From positions 24,552,001-24,616,000 of the forward strand of contig OZ024754.1 in assembly GCA_964016885.1 (NCBI GenBank): a stretch of DNA of 64,000 nucleotides, read 5' to 3'. Positions 29,501 through 44,600 of this stretch are shown here, piece after piece (positions within the stretch are counted from its first letter, which is position 1; each line of letters begins with the position of its first letter). Source of the stretch: Eledone cirrhosa (lineage: Eukaryota). Below the pieces are notes generated by a model. That model was not told the origin of the DNA, did no database searches, and saw only the letters and a program-made list of their open reading frames with translations. The translations under genes and the position numbers were made by a program.

Positions 29501-32500
29501 CGATCTACAGATAAAGCTACAGATCTAAAGATAAAGCTACAGATCTACAAATAAAGCTACAGTTCTACATATAGGGCTACAGATCAACAGAAAAGGCCAC
29601 AGATCTACAGATAAGACTGTAGATCCTCAGATAAATCTACAGATCTACAGTTAGGGCTACAGATATACAGATAAGGCTACAGATCTACAGCTAGGGCTAC
29701 AGATCTACAGGTAAGGCTACAGATCTACAGATAATGCAACAGATCTACAGATAAGGCTACAGGTCTACAGATAAAGCTACAGATCTAAAGATAAAGTTAC
29801 AGATCTACAGATAAAGCTACAGATCTAAAGATAAAGCTATGAATCTACAGTTGGGGCTACAGATCTACAGTTAGGGCTACAGATCTACAGATAGGTCTGC
29901 CGATCTAGAGATAAGGCTACAGATGTACAGATATAGCTACAGATGGACAGATGAAGCTACAGATCTACATATAAAGCTACAGATCTGAAGATAAAGCTAC
30001 AGATCTACAGATAAAGCTACAGATCTACAGATAGCGCTACAGATCTACAGATAAAGCCACAGATCTACAGATCTACAGATAGGGCTACAGATCTACAGAT
30101 AGGGCTACAGATCTACAGATAGGCCTACAGATCTACAGATAGCGCTACAGATATACAGATAGGGCTACAGATCTACAGATAGGGCTACAAATCTACAGAT
30201 AAGGCTACAAATCTACAGATAAAGCTACAGATCTACAGATAAGTCTACAGATAAGGCTACAGATCTACAGATAAGGCTATAGATCTACATATAAGTCTAC
30301 AGATAAGGCTATAGATCTACAGATGTGGCTACAGATACGGCTACAGATCTACAGATAAGGCTACAGATCTACAGATAGGTCTGCAGATAGGGCTACAGAT
30401 CTAGAAATAGGTCTACAGATCTACAGATAAGGCTACAGATATACAGATAAGGCTACAGATATACAGATAGGGATACAGATTTACAGATAGGGCTACAAAT
30501 CTACAGATAAGGCTACAAAACTACAGATAGGGCTACAGATAAGGCTACAGGTCTACAGATAACGCTACAGATCTACAGATAGGGCAACAGATAGGGCTAC
30601 AGATCTACAAATAGGTCTACAGATAGGGCTACAGATCTACAGATAAAGCTACAAATCTACAGATAAGGCTACAGATCTACAGATAAGTCTACAGATCTAC
30701 AGATAGGGCTACAGATCTACAGATAGGGCTACAGATATACAGATAAGGCTACAGATCTACAGATAGGGCTACAGATCTACAGACAAGGCTACAGATCTAC
30801 AGATAGGGCTACAGATCTACAGATAACGCTACAGATCTACAGATAGGGCTACAGATCTACAGATAGGGCTACATATCGACAGATAGGGCTACATATCTAC
30901 ACATTAGGCTACAGATCTACATATAAAGCTACAGATCTACAGATAAGGCTACAGATCTACAGTTGGGGCTACAGAACAACTGTTAGGGCTACAGATCTAC
31001 AGATAAGGCTACAGATTTACAGATAAGGCTACAGGGCTACAGATATACAAATAAAGCTACAGATCTACAGATAGGGCTACATATCTACAAATCTACAGAT
31101 AAGGCTACAGATCTACAGATAAGGCTACAGATCTACAGATAGGGCTGCCGATCTACAGATAAGGCTACAGATCTATAGATAAAGCTACCGATGGCTGGAA
31201 AAAGCTACAGATCTGCAGATAAAGCTACAGGTCTAAAGATAAAGCTACAGATCTACAGATAAAGCTACAGATCTACAGATAGGGCTACAGATCTACAGAT
31301 AAGGCCATAGATCTACTGATAAGACTGCAGATCCTCAGATAAGGCTACAGATCTACAATTAGGGCTATAGATATACAGATAAGGCTACAGATCTACAGCT
31401 AGGGCTACAGATCTACAGATCTACAGATCTACAGATAAGGCTACAGATCAACAGATAATGCAACAGATCTACAGATAAGGCTACAGATCTACAGATAAAG
31501 CTACACATCTAAAGATAAAGTTACAGATCTACAGATAAAGTTACAGATCTACAGATAGGGCTACATATCTACAAATCTACAGATAAGGCTACAGATCTAC
31601 AGTTAGGGCTGCCGATCTACAGATAAGGCTACAGATCTACAGATAAAGCTACAGATGGACAGATAAAGCTACAGATCTACCGATAAAGCTACAGATCTAA
31701 AGATAAAACTACAGATCTACATATAAAACTACAGATCTGCAGATAAAGCTACATATCTAAAGATAAAGCTACAGAGCTACAGATAAGGCCACAGATCTAC
31801 AGATAAGACTGCAGATCTACAGATAAGGCTACAGATTTAGAGTTAGGGCTACAGATATACAGATAAGGTTACTGATCTAAAGCTAGGGTTACAGATCTAC
31901 AGATCTACAGATAAGGCTACTGATCTACAGATAGGGCTGCAGATCTACAGATAAGGCTACAGGTCTTCAGATAAAGCTACAAATCGACAGATAAAGCTAC
32001 AGATCTACAGAGAAAGCTAAAGATCTACATAATAAAGCTACATATCTAAAGATAGCGCTACAGATCTACAGATAGGTCTACAGATAGGGCTACAAATCTA
32101 CAGATAGTGCTACAGATCTACAGATAGGGTTACAGATCTACAGATAGGGCTACAGATCTACAGATAGCACTACAGATATACAGATAGGGCTACAGATCTA
32201 CAGATAGGGCTACAAATCTACAGATAAGGCTACAAATCTACAGATAAAGCTACAGATCTACAGATAAGTCTACAGATAAGGCTACAGATCTAAACATAAG
32301 GCTATAGATCTACGGATAGGGCTACAGATACGGCTACAGATCTACAGATAAGGCTACAGATCTACAGATAGGTCTGCAGATATGGCTACAGATGTAGAAA
32401 TAGGTCTACAGATAGGGCTACAGATAGGGCTACAGATCTACAGATAAAGCTACAGATCTACAGATAAGGCTACAGATGTACAGATAAGGCTACAGATCTA

Positions 32501-32520
32501 CAGATAGGGATACAGATCTA
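20550..32520 (+). repeat. Three-copy diverged higher-order repeat (offsets ~3.13-3.20 kb, then ~4.22-4.31 kb), rich in AAAG linkers
   Basis: GATCAC 20806/23984/28203; ACAACAAAACCTC 21731/24857/29148; GGCACC 21898/25100/29375; ATGAATC 22361/25548/29839. ATGGCTGGAA 26936/31191 and CATAAT 27716/32028 occur only in copies 2 and 3. Boundaries approximate. Confidence 0.87.
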
Positions 32521-35500
32521 CAGATAGCGCTACAGATTTACAGATAGGGCTACAGATAAGGCTACAGATCTACAGATAACGCTACAGATCTACAGATAGG
32601 GCAACATATAGGGCTACAGATCTACAAATAGGTCTACAGATAGGGCTACAGATCTACAGATAAAGCTACAGATCTACAGATAAGGCTACAGATCTACAGA
32701 TAATTCTACAGATCTACAGATCTACAGACAAGGCTACAGCTACAGAACAACAGATAAGCCTACAGATCGACAGATAACGCTACAGATCTACGTATTGGGT
32801 TACAGATCTATAGACAAGGCTACAGATCTACAGATAGGGCTACAGATCTACGGATAAGGCTACAGATCTACAGATAGGGCTACATATCTACAGATAGGGC
32901 TACATATCTACAGATAGGGCTACATATCTACAGATAAGGCTACATATCTACAGATAAGGCTACAGATCTACAGATCTACAGTTGGGGCTACAGAACTATA
33001 GTTAGGGCTACATATCTACAGATAAGGCTACAGATCTACAGATAAGGCTACAGGGCTACAGATATACAGATAAAGCTACAGATCTACAGATAAGGCTACA
33101 GATCTATAAATAGGGCTGCCGATCTACAGATAAGGCTACAGATCTAGAGATAAAGCTACAGATCTGCAGATAAAGCTACAGATCTACATATAAAGCTACA
33201 GATCTGCAGATAAAGCTACAGATCTAAAGATAAAGCTACAGATCTACAGATAAAGCTACAGATCTACAGATAGGGCTACAGATCTACAGATATGTCTACC
33301 GATAGGGCTACAGATCTACAGATAGGGCTACAGATCTACAGATAGGGCTACAGATCTACAGATAGCTACAGATTTACAGTTAGGGCTACAGATATACAGA
33401 TATGGCTACAGATCTAAAGCTAGGGCTACAGATCTACAGATCTACAGATAAGGCTACAGATCTACAGATAATGCAACAGATCTACAGATAAGGCTACTGA
33501 TCTACAGATAGGGCTGCAGATGTACAGATAAGGCTACAGATCTTCAGATAAAGCTACAAATCGACAGATAAAGTTACAGATCTACAGATAAAGCTACAGA
33601 TCTACAGATAAAGCTACCGATCTACAGATAAAGCTACAGATCTACAGATAGGGCTACAGATCTACAGATATGTCTACAGATAGTGCTACATATCTAAAGA
33701 TAGCGCTACAGATCTACAGATAGGTCTACCGTTAGGGCTACAGATCTACAGATAGGACTACAGATCTACAGATATGGCTACAGATCTACAGATAGCGCAA
33801 CGGATATACAGATAGGGCTACATATCTACAGATAGGGCTACAAATCTACAGATAAGGCTACAAATCTACAGATAAGGCTACAGATCTACAGATAAGTCTA
33901 CAGATAAGGCTACAGATCTACAGATAAGGCTATAGATCTACAGATAGGGCTACAGATAAGGCTACAGATATACAGATGTGGCTACAGATCTACAGATAGG
34001 GATACAGGTCTACAGATAGGGCTACACATTTACAGATAAGGCTACAGATATACATATAGGGATACAATTCTACAGATAAGGCTACAAATCTAAAGATAGG
34101 GCTACAGATAAGGCTACAGATCTACAGATAACGCTACAGATCTACAGATAGGGCAAAAGATAGGGCTACAGATCTACAAATATGTCTACAGATAGGGCTA
34201 CAGATCTACAGATAAAGCTACAGATCTACAGATAAGGCTACAGATCTACAGATAAGTCTACAGATCTACAGATAGGGTTACAGATCTACAGATAGGGCGA
34301 CAGATATACAAATAAGGCTACAGATCTACAGATAGCGCTACAGATCTACGTATAGGGCTACAGATCTACAGAACAGGCTACAGATCTACAGATAGGGCTA
34401 CAGATCTACAGATAAGGCTACAGATCTATAGATAGGTCTACATATCTACAGAGAAGGCTGCAGAACCTCAGATAAGCCTACAGATATACAGATTATGCAA
34501 CAGATCTACAGATAGGGCTACAGATCGACAGATAGGGCTACATATCTACAGATAGGGCTACATATCTACAGATAAGGCCACAGATCTACGGATAAGGCTA
34601 AAAATCTACAGATAAGGCTACAGATCTACAGTTGGGACTACAGATCTAGAGTTAGGGCTACAGATCTACAGATACGGCTACAGATCTACAGATAAGGCTA
34701 CAGGGCTACAGATATACAAATTAAGCTACAGATCTACAAATAGGGCTACATATCTACAAATCTACAGATAAGGCTACAGATCAACAGATAAGGCTACAGA
34801 TCTACAAATAGGGCTGCCGATCTACAGATAAAGCTACAGATGGACCGATAAAGCTACAGATCTACAGATAAATCTACAGATCTAAAGATAAAGCTACAGA
34901 TCTACAGATAGGACTACAGATCTACAGATAAGGCCACAGATCTACAGATAAGACTGCAGATCTACAGATAATGCTACAGATTTACAGTTAGGGCTACAGA
35001 TATACAGATAAGGCTACAGATCTAAAGCTAGGACTACAGATCTACAGATCTACAGATAAGGCTACTGATCTACAGATAATGCAACAGATCTACAGATAAG
35101 GCTACTGATCTACAGATAGGGCTGCAGATCTACAGATAAGGCTACAGATCTTCAGATAAAGCTACAAATCGACAGATAAAGCTACAGATCTACAGATAAA
35201 GCTACAGATCTACAGATAAAGCTACAGATCTACAGATAAAGCTACAGATCTACAGATAGGGCTACAGATCTACAGATATGTCTACAGATAGGGCTACATA
35301 TCTAAAGATACCGCTACAGATCTACAGATAGGTGTACAGATAGGGCTACAGATCTACAGATAGGGCTACAGATCTACAGATAGGGATACAGATCTACAGA
35401 TAGGCTACAGATCTACAGATAACGCTACAGATCTACAGATAGGGCAACAGATAGTGCTACAGATCTACAAATAGGTCTGCAGATAGGGATACAGATCTAC

Positions 35501-38500
35501 AGATAAAGCCACAGATCTACAGATAAGGCTACAGATCTACAGATAAGTCTACAGATCTACAGATAGGGCTACAGATCTACAGATAGGGCTACAGATATAC
35601 AGATAAGGCTACAGATCTACAGATAGCGCTACAGATCTACAGATCTACAGATAACGCTACAGATCTACGTATAGGTCTACAGATCTACAGACAAGGCTAC
35701 AGAACCTCAGATAAGCCTACAGATCTACAGATAAGGCTACAGATCTACAGATAGGGCTACAGATCGACAGATAGGGCTACATATCTACAGTTAGGGCTAC
35801 ATATCTACAGATAAGGCTACAGATATACGGATAAGGCTAAAGATCTACAGATAAAGCTACAGATCTACAGTTGGGGCTACAGATCTAGAGTTAGGACTAC
35901 AGATCTACATATAAGGCAACAGATCTACAGATAAGGCTACAGGGCTACAGATATACAGATTAAGCTACAGATCTACAGATAAGGCTACATATCTCCAAAT
36001 CTACAGATAAGGCTACAGATCTACAGATAAGGCTACAGATCTACAGATAGGGCTGCCGATCTACAGATAAGGCTACAGATCTTCAGATAAAGCTACAAAT
36101 CGACAGATAAAGCTACAGATCTACAGATAAAGCTACAGATCTAGAGATAAAGCTATAGATCTACAGATAAAGCTACAGATCTATAGATAGGGCTACAGAT
36201 CTACAGATATGTCTACAGATAGGGCTACATATCTAAAGATAACGCTACAGATCTACAGATAGGTCTACCGATAGGGCTACAGATCAACAGATAGGGCTAC
36301 AGATCTACAGATAGGGGTACAGATCTACAGATAGTCTACAGATCTACAGATAGCGCAACAGATATACAGATTGGGCTACAGATCTACAGATAGGGCTACA
36401 AATCTACAGATAAGTCTACAGATAAGGCTACAGATCTACAGATAAGGCTATAGATCTACAGATAGGGCTACAGATAAGGCTACAGATATACAGATAAGTC
36501 TACAGATCTACAGATAGGGGTACAGATCTAGAGATAGGTCTACAAATTTACAGATAAGGCTACAAATCTACATATAGGGATACAATTCTACAGATAAGTC
36601 TACAAATCTAATGATAGGGCTACAGATAAGGCTACAGATCTACAGATAACGATACAGATCTACAGATAAGGCTACAGATCTACAGATAAGTCTACAGATC
36701 TACAGATAGGTCTACAGATCTACAGATAGGGCTACAGATATACAGATAAGGCTACAGATCTACAGATAGCGCAACAGATCTACATATCTACAGATAACGC
36801 TACAGATCTACGTATAGGGCTACAGATCTACAGACAAGGCTACAGATCTACAGATAGGACTACAGATCTACAGATAGGGCTACAGATCTATAGATAGGTC
36901 TACAGATCTACAGACAAGGCTACAGACCCTCAGATAAGCCTACAGATCTACAGATAAGGCTACAGATCTACAGATAGGGCTACAGATCGACAGATAGGGC
37001 TACATATCTACAGATAGGGCTACAGATCTACAGATAGGCTACCGATATACAGATAAGGCTACAGATCTACAGATAGCGCTACAGATCTACAGATCTACAG
37101 ATAACGCTACAGATGTACGTATAGGGCTACAGATCTACAGACAAGGCTACAGATCGACAGATAGGGCTACATATCTACAGATAGGGCTACATATCTACAG
37201 ATAAGGCTACAGATATACGGTTAAGGCTAAAGATCTACAGATAAGGCTAGAGATCTACAGTTGTGGCTACAGATCTAGAGTTAGGGCTACAGATCTACAG
37301 ATAAGGCTACAGATCTACAGATAAAGCTACAGATCTACAAATAAAGCTACAGATTTACAGATAAAGCTACAGATATGGCTACAGATCTACAGATAGCGCT
37401 ACAGATCTACAGATAGGGCTACAGATCTACAGATAGGCTACAGATCTACAGATAGCGCTACAGATATACAGATAGGGCTAAAAATCTACAGATAAGGCTA
37501 CAAATCTACAGATAAGGCTATAGATCTACAGATAAGTCTACAGATAATGCTACAGATCTACAAATAAGGCTATAGATCTACAGATAGGGCTACAGATAAG
37601 GCTGCAGATATACAGATAAGGCTACAGATCTACAGATAGGGATACAGATCTACAGATAGGGCTACAGATTTACAGATAAGGCGACAGATCTACAGATAGG
37701 AATACAAATCTACAGATAAGGCTACAAATCTAAAGATAGGGCTACAGATAAGGCTACAGATCTACAGATAACGCTACAGATCTACAGATAAGGCAACAGA
37801 TAGGGCTACAGGTCTACAAATAGGTCTACAGATAGGGCTATAGATCTACAGATAAAGCTACAGATCTACAGACAAGGCTACAGAACCTCAATTAAGCCTA
37901 CAGATCTACAGATAAGGTTACAGATCTACAGATAGGGCTACAGATCTACAGATAGGGCTTCATACCTACAGATAGGGCTACATGTCTACAGATAATGCTA
38001 CAGATCTACGGATAAGGCTAAAGATCTACAGATAAGGCTACAGATCTACAGTTGGAGATACAGATCTAGAGTTAGGGCTACAGATCTACAGATAAGGCTA
38101 AAAATCTACAGATAAGGCTACATATCTAAAATCTACAGATAAGGCTACAGATCTACAGATAAGGCTACAGATCTACAGATAGGGCTGCTGATCTACAGAT
38201 AAGGCTACAGATCTACAGATAAAGCTACAGATGGACAGATAAAGCTACAGATCTACATATAAAGCTACAGATCTGCAGATAAAACTACAGATCTAAAGAT
38301 TAAAAGCTACAGATCTACAGTTAAACCTACAGATCTAGAGATAGGGCTACAGATCTACAGATAAGGCCACAGATCTACAGATAAGACTGCAGATTTACAG
38401 ATAAGGCTACAGATTTACAATTAGGGCTACATATATACAGAGAAGGCTACAGATTTAGATCTAGGGCTACAGATCTATAGATCTACAGATAAGGCTACAG

Positions 38501-38600
38501 ATCTACAGATAATGCAACAGATCTACAGATAAGGCTATTGATCTACAGATAGGGCTGCAGATCTACAGATAGGGCTACAGATCTACAGATAAAGCTACAA
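32520..38600 (+). repeat. More diverged HOR domain with irregular ~1.1-1.6 kb periodicity
   Basis: The TACGTAT variant has its CG at 32791, 34349, 35668, 36811 and 37118. CTTCAGATAAAGCTACAAATCGAC recurs near 33540, 35150 and 36080. Copies differ by many private substitutions. Confidence 0.65.
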
Positions 38601-41600
38601 ATCGACAGATAAAGCTACAGATCTACAGATAAAGCTACAGATCTACAGATAAGGCTACAGATATATAGATAGGGATACAGATATACAGATAGGGCCACAG
38701 ACTTACATATAGGGCTACAGATCTACAGATAGGGCTACAAATCTACAGATAAGGCTACAAATATACAGATAGGGCTACAGATAAGGCTACAGATCTAGAG
38801 ATAGGGAAACAGATAAGGCAACAGATCTACAGATAAGGCTTCAGATCTACAGATAGGTCTACAGATAGGGCTACAGAGCTACAAATAGGTCTACAAATAG
38901 GGCTACAGATAGGGCTATAGATCTAGAGATAAAGTTACAGATCTACAGATAAAGCTACAGATCTACAGATAAGGCTACAGATATACAGATAGGGATATAG
39001 ATCTACAGATAGGGCAACAGATTTACAGATAGGGCTACAGATCTACAGATAGGGCTACATATCTACAGATAGGGCTACAGATAAAGCTACAGATCTACAG
39101 ATAAAGCTACAGATCTACAGATAAGGCTACAATTCTACAGATAAGGCTACAGATCTACAGATAGTGCTACAGAGCTACAGATGGGCTACAGATATACAGA
39201 TAGGGCTACAGATCTACATATAGGGCTACAGATCTACAGACAAGGCTACAGATCTACAGATAGTGCTACAGATCTTCAGATAAGGCTACAGATCTATAGA
39301 TAAGTCTACAGGTCTACAGATAGGGCTACAGTTAAGGCTACAGATCTACAGATAAGGCTACAGATCTACAGATAGGTCTACAGATAGGGCTACAGCTCTA
39401 CAATAGGTCTACAGATAGGGCTACAGATCTACAGATAAAGCTACAGATCTAAAGATAAGGCTACAGATCTACAGATAAGGCTACATATCTACAGATAGGG
39501 CTACAGATCTACATATAGGGCTACAGATCTACAGACAAGGCTACAGAACCTCAGATAAGGCTACAGATCTACAGTTAGAGCTACAGATCTACAGATAAGG
39601 CTACAGATCGACAGATAAAGCTACAGATCTACAGATACGGCTACAGATCTACAGATAGGGCTACATATCTACAGATAGGGCTACAGATCTACAGATAATG
39701 CTACAGATCTACAAATAAGGCTACAGATCTACAGATAAGGCTACAGATCTACAGATAAAACTACAGGGCTACAGATATACAGATAAAGCTACAGATCTAC
39801 AGATAGGTCTACATATCTACAAATCTACAGATATCTATAGATAAAGCTACAGATGGACAGATAAAGCTACAGATCTACAGATAAAGCTACAGATCTACAG
39901 ATAAAGCTACAGATATATAGATAGGGCTACAGATCTACATATAAGGTTACAGATCTACAGATAAAACTACAGATCTACAAATAGGGCTACAGATCTACAA
40001 ATCTACAGATAAGGCTACAGATCTACAGTTAGGGCTACAGATCTACAGATAAGGCTACAGATCGACAGATAAAACTACAAGGCTACAGATCTACAGATAG
40101 GTCTACATATCTACAAATCTACAGATAAGGCTAGATATCTAAAGATAAGGCTACAGATCTACAGATAGGGCTGCCGATCTACAGATAAGGCTACAGATCT
40201 ATAGATAAAGCTACAGATGGACAGATAAGGCCACAGATCTACAGATAAGACTGCAGATTTACAGATAAGGCTACAGATCTACAGATAGGGCTGCAGATCT
40301 ACAGATAAGGCTACAGATCTTCAGATAAAGCTACAAATCGACGGATAGAGCTACAGATCTACAGATAAAGCTACATATCTAAAGATAAAGCTAAAGTTCT
40401 ACAGATAAAGCTACAGATCTAAAGATAAAGCTACAGAAATACAGATAAAATTACAGATCTACAGATATGGCTACAGATCTACAGATATGTCTACAGATAG
40501 TGCTACATATCTAAAGATAGCGCTACAGATCTACCGATAGGTCTACAGATAGGGCTACACATCTACAGATAGGGCTACAAATCTACAGATAGGGCTACAG
40601 ATCTACAGATAGGGCTACAGATCTACAGATAGGGCTACAGATCTACAGATAGCGCTACAGATATACAGATAGGTCTACAGATCTACAGATAAGGCTTCAA
40701 ATCTACAGATATGGCTACAAATCTACCGATAAGGCTACAGATCTACAGATAAGGCTACAGATCTACAGATAGGTCTACAGATAGGGCAACAGCACTACAA
40801 ATAGGTCTACAGATCTACAGATAGGGCTACAGATCTACAGATAGGGCTACAGATCTACAGATAGGGCTACAGATGTACAGATCTACAGATAAGGCTACAG
40901 ATCTACATATAGGGCTACAGATCTACAGACAAGGCTACATATCTACAGATAGGGCTACAGAACTACAGATAAGGCTACAGATCTATAGATAAAGCTACAG
41001 GGCTACAGATATACAGCTAAAGCTACATATCTATAGATAGGGCTACAGATCTACAGATAGGGCTACAGATCTACAGACAAGGCTATAGATCTACAGATAA
41101 GGCAACAGATCTACATATAAGGCTACAGATCTACAGATAAGGCTACAGATCTACAGTTAGGGCTACAGATATACAGATAGGGCTACAGATCTACAGATAG
41201 GGCTACAGATCTACAGATAAGGCTACATATCTACAGGTAGGGCTACAAATCTACAGATAAGGCTACACATCTATAGATAAGGCTACAGATCTACAGATAG
41301 GGCTACAGATCTACAGATAAGGCCACAGATCAACAGATAATACTGCAGATCTACAGAAAAGGCTACATATCTAAAGATTAGGCAACAGATCTACAGATAA
41401 GGCTACAGATCTACAGATAGGGCTGCAGATCTACAGAGATTTCTACAGATAGGGCTACAGATCTAAAGATAGCGCTACAGATCTACAGATAGGGCTACAG
41501 ATCTACAGACAGGGCTAAAGATCTATAGATAGGGCTACAAACCTACAGGTAGGGCTACGGATCTACAGATAGGTCTCCAGATATACAGATAGTGGTACAG

Positions 41601-44600
41601 ATCTACAGATAGAGCTACAAATCTACAGATAAAGCTACAAATCTATAGATAAGGCTACAGATCTACAGATAAGTCTACAGATCTACAGATAGGGCTACAG
41701 ATAAGGCTACAGATCTACAGATAAGTCAACAAATAGGGCTACAGATCTACAAATAGGTCTACAGATAGGGCTACAGATCTACCGATAATGTTAAAGATCT
41801 ACAGATAAGGCTACAGATCTACAGATAGGGCTCAGATCTACAGATCTAAAGATAAGGCTACAGATCTACATATAGGGCTACAGATATACAGACAAGGCTA
41901 CAGATCTACAGATAGGGCTACAGATCTACAAATACGGCTACAGAGATACATATAGGGCTACAGATCTACAGACAAGGCTACAGAACCTCAGATAAAGCTA
42001 CAGATCTACGGATAGGGCTACAGATCTATAGATAGCGCTACAGATCTACAGATAGGGCTACAAATCTACAGATATGGCTACAAATCAACCGATAAGGCTA
42101 CAGATCTACAGATAAGGCTACAGATCTACAGTTAGGGCTACAGATATACAGATAGGGCTACATATCTACAGATAGGGCTACAGATCTACAGATAAGGCTA
42201 CATATCTACAGGTAGGGCTACAAATCTACAGATAAGGCTACAAATCGATAGATAAGGCTACAGATCTACAGATAGGGCTACAGATCTACAGATAAGGCCA
42301 CAGATCAACAGATAAGACTGCAGGTCTATAGAAAAGGCTACAGATCTAAAGATTAGGCAACAGATCTACAGATAAGGCTACAGATCTACAGATGGGGCTG
42401 CAGATCTACAGAGATGTCTACAGATAGGGCTACAGATGTAAAGATAGCGCTACAGATCTACAGATAGGGCTACAGATCTACAGACAGGGCTAAAGATCTA
42501 CAGATAGGGCTACAAACCTACAGGTAGGGCTACGGATCTACAGATAGGTCTCCAGATATACAGATAGTGGTACAGATCTACAGATAGAGCTACAAATCTA
42601 CAGATAAAGCTACAAATCTACAGATAAGGCTACAGATCTACAGATAAGGCTACAGATAAGGCTACTGAACTACAAATAAGGCTACAGAGATACATATAGG
42701 GCTACAGATCTACAGACAGGGCTACAGAACCTCAGATAAGGCTACAGATCTACAGATAAAGCTACAGATCTACGGATAGGGCTACAGATCTACAGATAGC
42801 GCTACAGATATACAGATAGGGCTACAGATCTACAGATAGGGCTAGAAATCTACAGATATGGTTACAAATCAACCGATAAGGCTACAGATCTACAGATAAG
42901 GCTACAGATCTACAGATAGGTCTACAGATAGGGCTACAGCACTACAAATAGGTCTACAGATCTACAGATAGGGCTACAGATCTACATATAGGGCTACAGA
43001 TCTACAGACAAGGCTACATACCTACAGATAGGGCTACAGATCTACAGATACGGCTACAGATCTACAGACAATGCTATAGATCTACAGATAGGGCTACAGA
43101 ACTACAGATCAGGCTACAGATCTATAGATAAGGCTACAGGGCTACAGATATACAGATAAAGCTACATATCTATAGATAGTGCTACAGATCTACAGATAGG
43201 GCTACAGATCTACAGACAAGGCTATAGATCTACAGATAAGGCAGCAGATCTACATATAAGGCTACATATCTACAGATAAGGCTACAGATCTACAGTTAGG
43301 GCTACAGATATACAGATAGGGCTACAGATCTACAGATAGGGCTACAGATCTACAGATAAGGCTACATATCTACAGGTAGGGCTACAAATCAACAGATAAG
43401 GCTACAAATCTATAGATAAGGCTACAGATCTACAGATAGGGCTACAGATCTACAGATAAGGCCACAGATCAACAGATAAGACTGCAGATCTACAGAAAAG
43501 GCTACAGATCTAAAGATAAGGCAACAGATCTACAGATAAGGCTACAGATCTACAGATAGGGCTGCAGATCTACAGATATGTCTACAGATGGGGCTACAGA
43601 TCTAAAGATAGCGCTACAGATCTACAGATAGGGCTACAGATCTACAGACAGGGCTAAAGATCTACAGATAGGGCTACAAACCTACAGGTAGTGCTACGGA
43701 TCTACAGATAGGTCTCCAGATATACAGATAGTGGTACAGATCTACAGATAAGGCTACAAATAGTGCTACAGATCTACAAATAGGTCTACAGATAGGGCTA
43801 CAGATCTACCGATAAAGTTAAAGATCTATAGATAAGGCTACAGATCTACAGATAAGGCTACAGATCTACAGATAGGGCTCAGATCTACAGATCTAAAGAT
43901 AAGGCTACAGATCTACATATAGGGCTACAGATATACAGACAAGGCTACAGATCTACAGATAGGGCTACAGATCTACAAATAAGCCTACAGATATACATAT
44001 AGGGCTACAGATCTACAGACAAGGATACAGAACCTCAGATAAGGCTACAGATCTAGAAATAAAGCTACAGATCTACGGATAGGGCTACAGATCTACAGAT
44101 ATGGCTATATATCTACAGAAAGGGCTACAGATCTACAAATAAGGCTACAGATCTACATATAAGGCTACAGATCTACAGATAAAACTACAGATCTACAGAT
44201 AGGGCTACAGATCTACAGATAAGGCTACAGATCTACAGTTAGGGCTACAGATCTACAGATAAGGCTACAGATCGACAGATAAAACTACAGGGCTACAGAT
44301 CTACAGATAGGTCTATATATTTACAAATCTACAGATATGGCTAGAGATCTACAGATAAGGCTACAGATCTACAGATAGGGCTGCCGATCTACAGATAAGG
44401 CTACAGATCTATAGATAAAGCTACAGATGGACAGATAAGGCCACAGATCTACAGATAAGACTGCAGATCTACAGATAAGGCTACAGATCTACAGATAGGG
44501 CTGCAGATCTACAGATAAGGCTACACATCTAAAGATAAAGCTACAGTTCTACAGATAAAGCTACAGATCTAAAGATAAAGCTACAGAAATACAGATAAAA

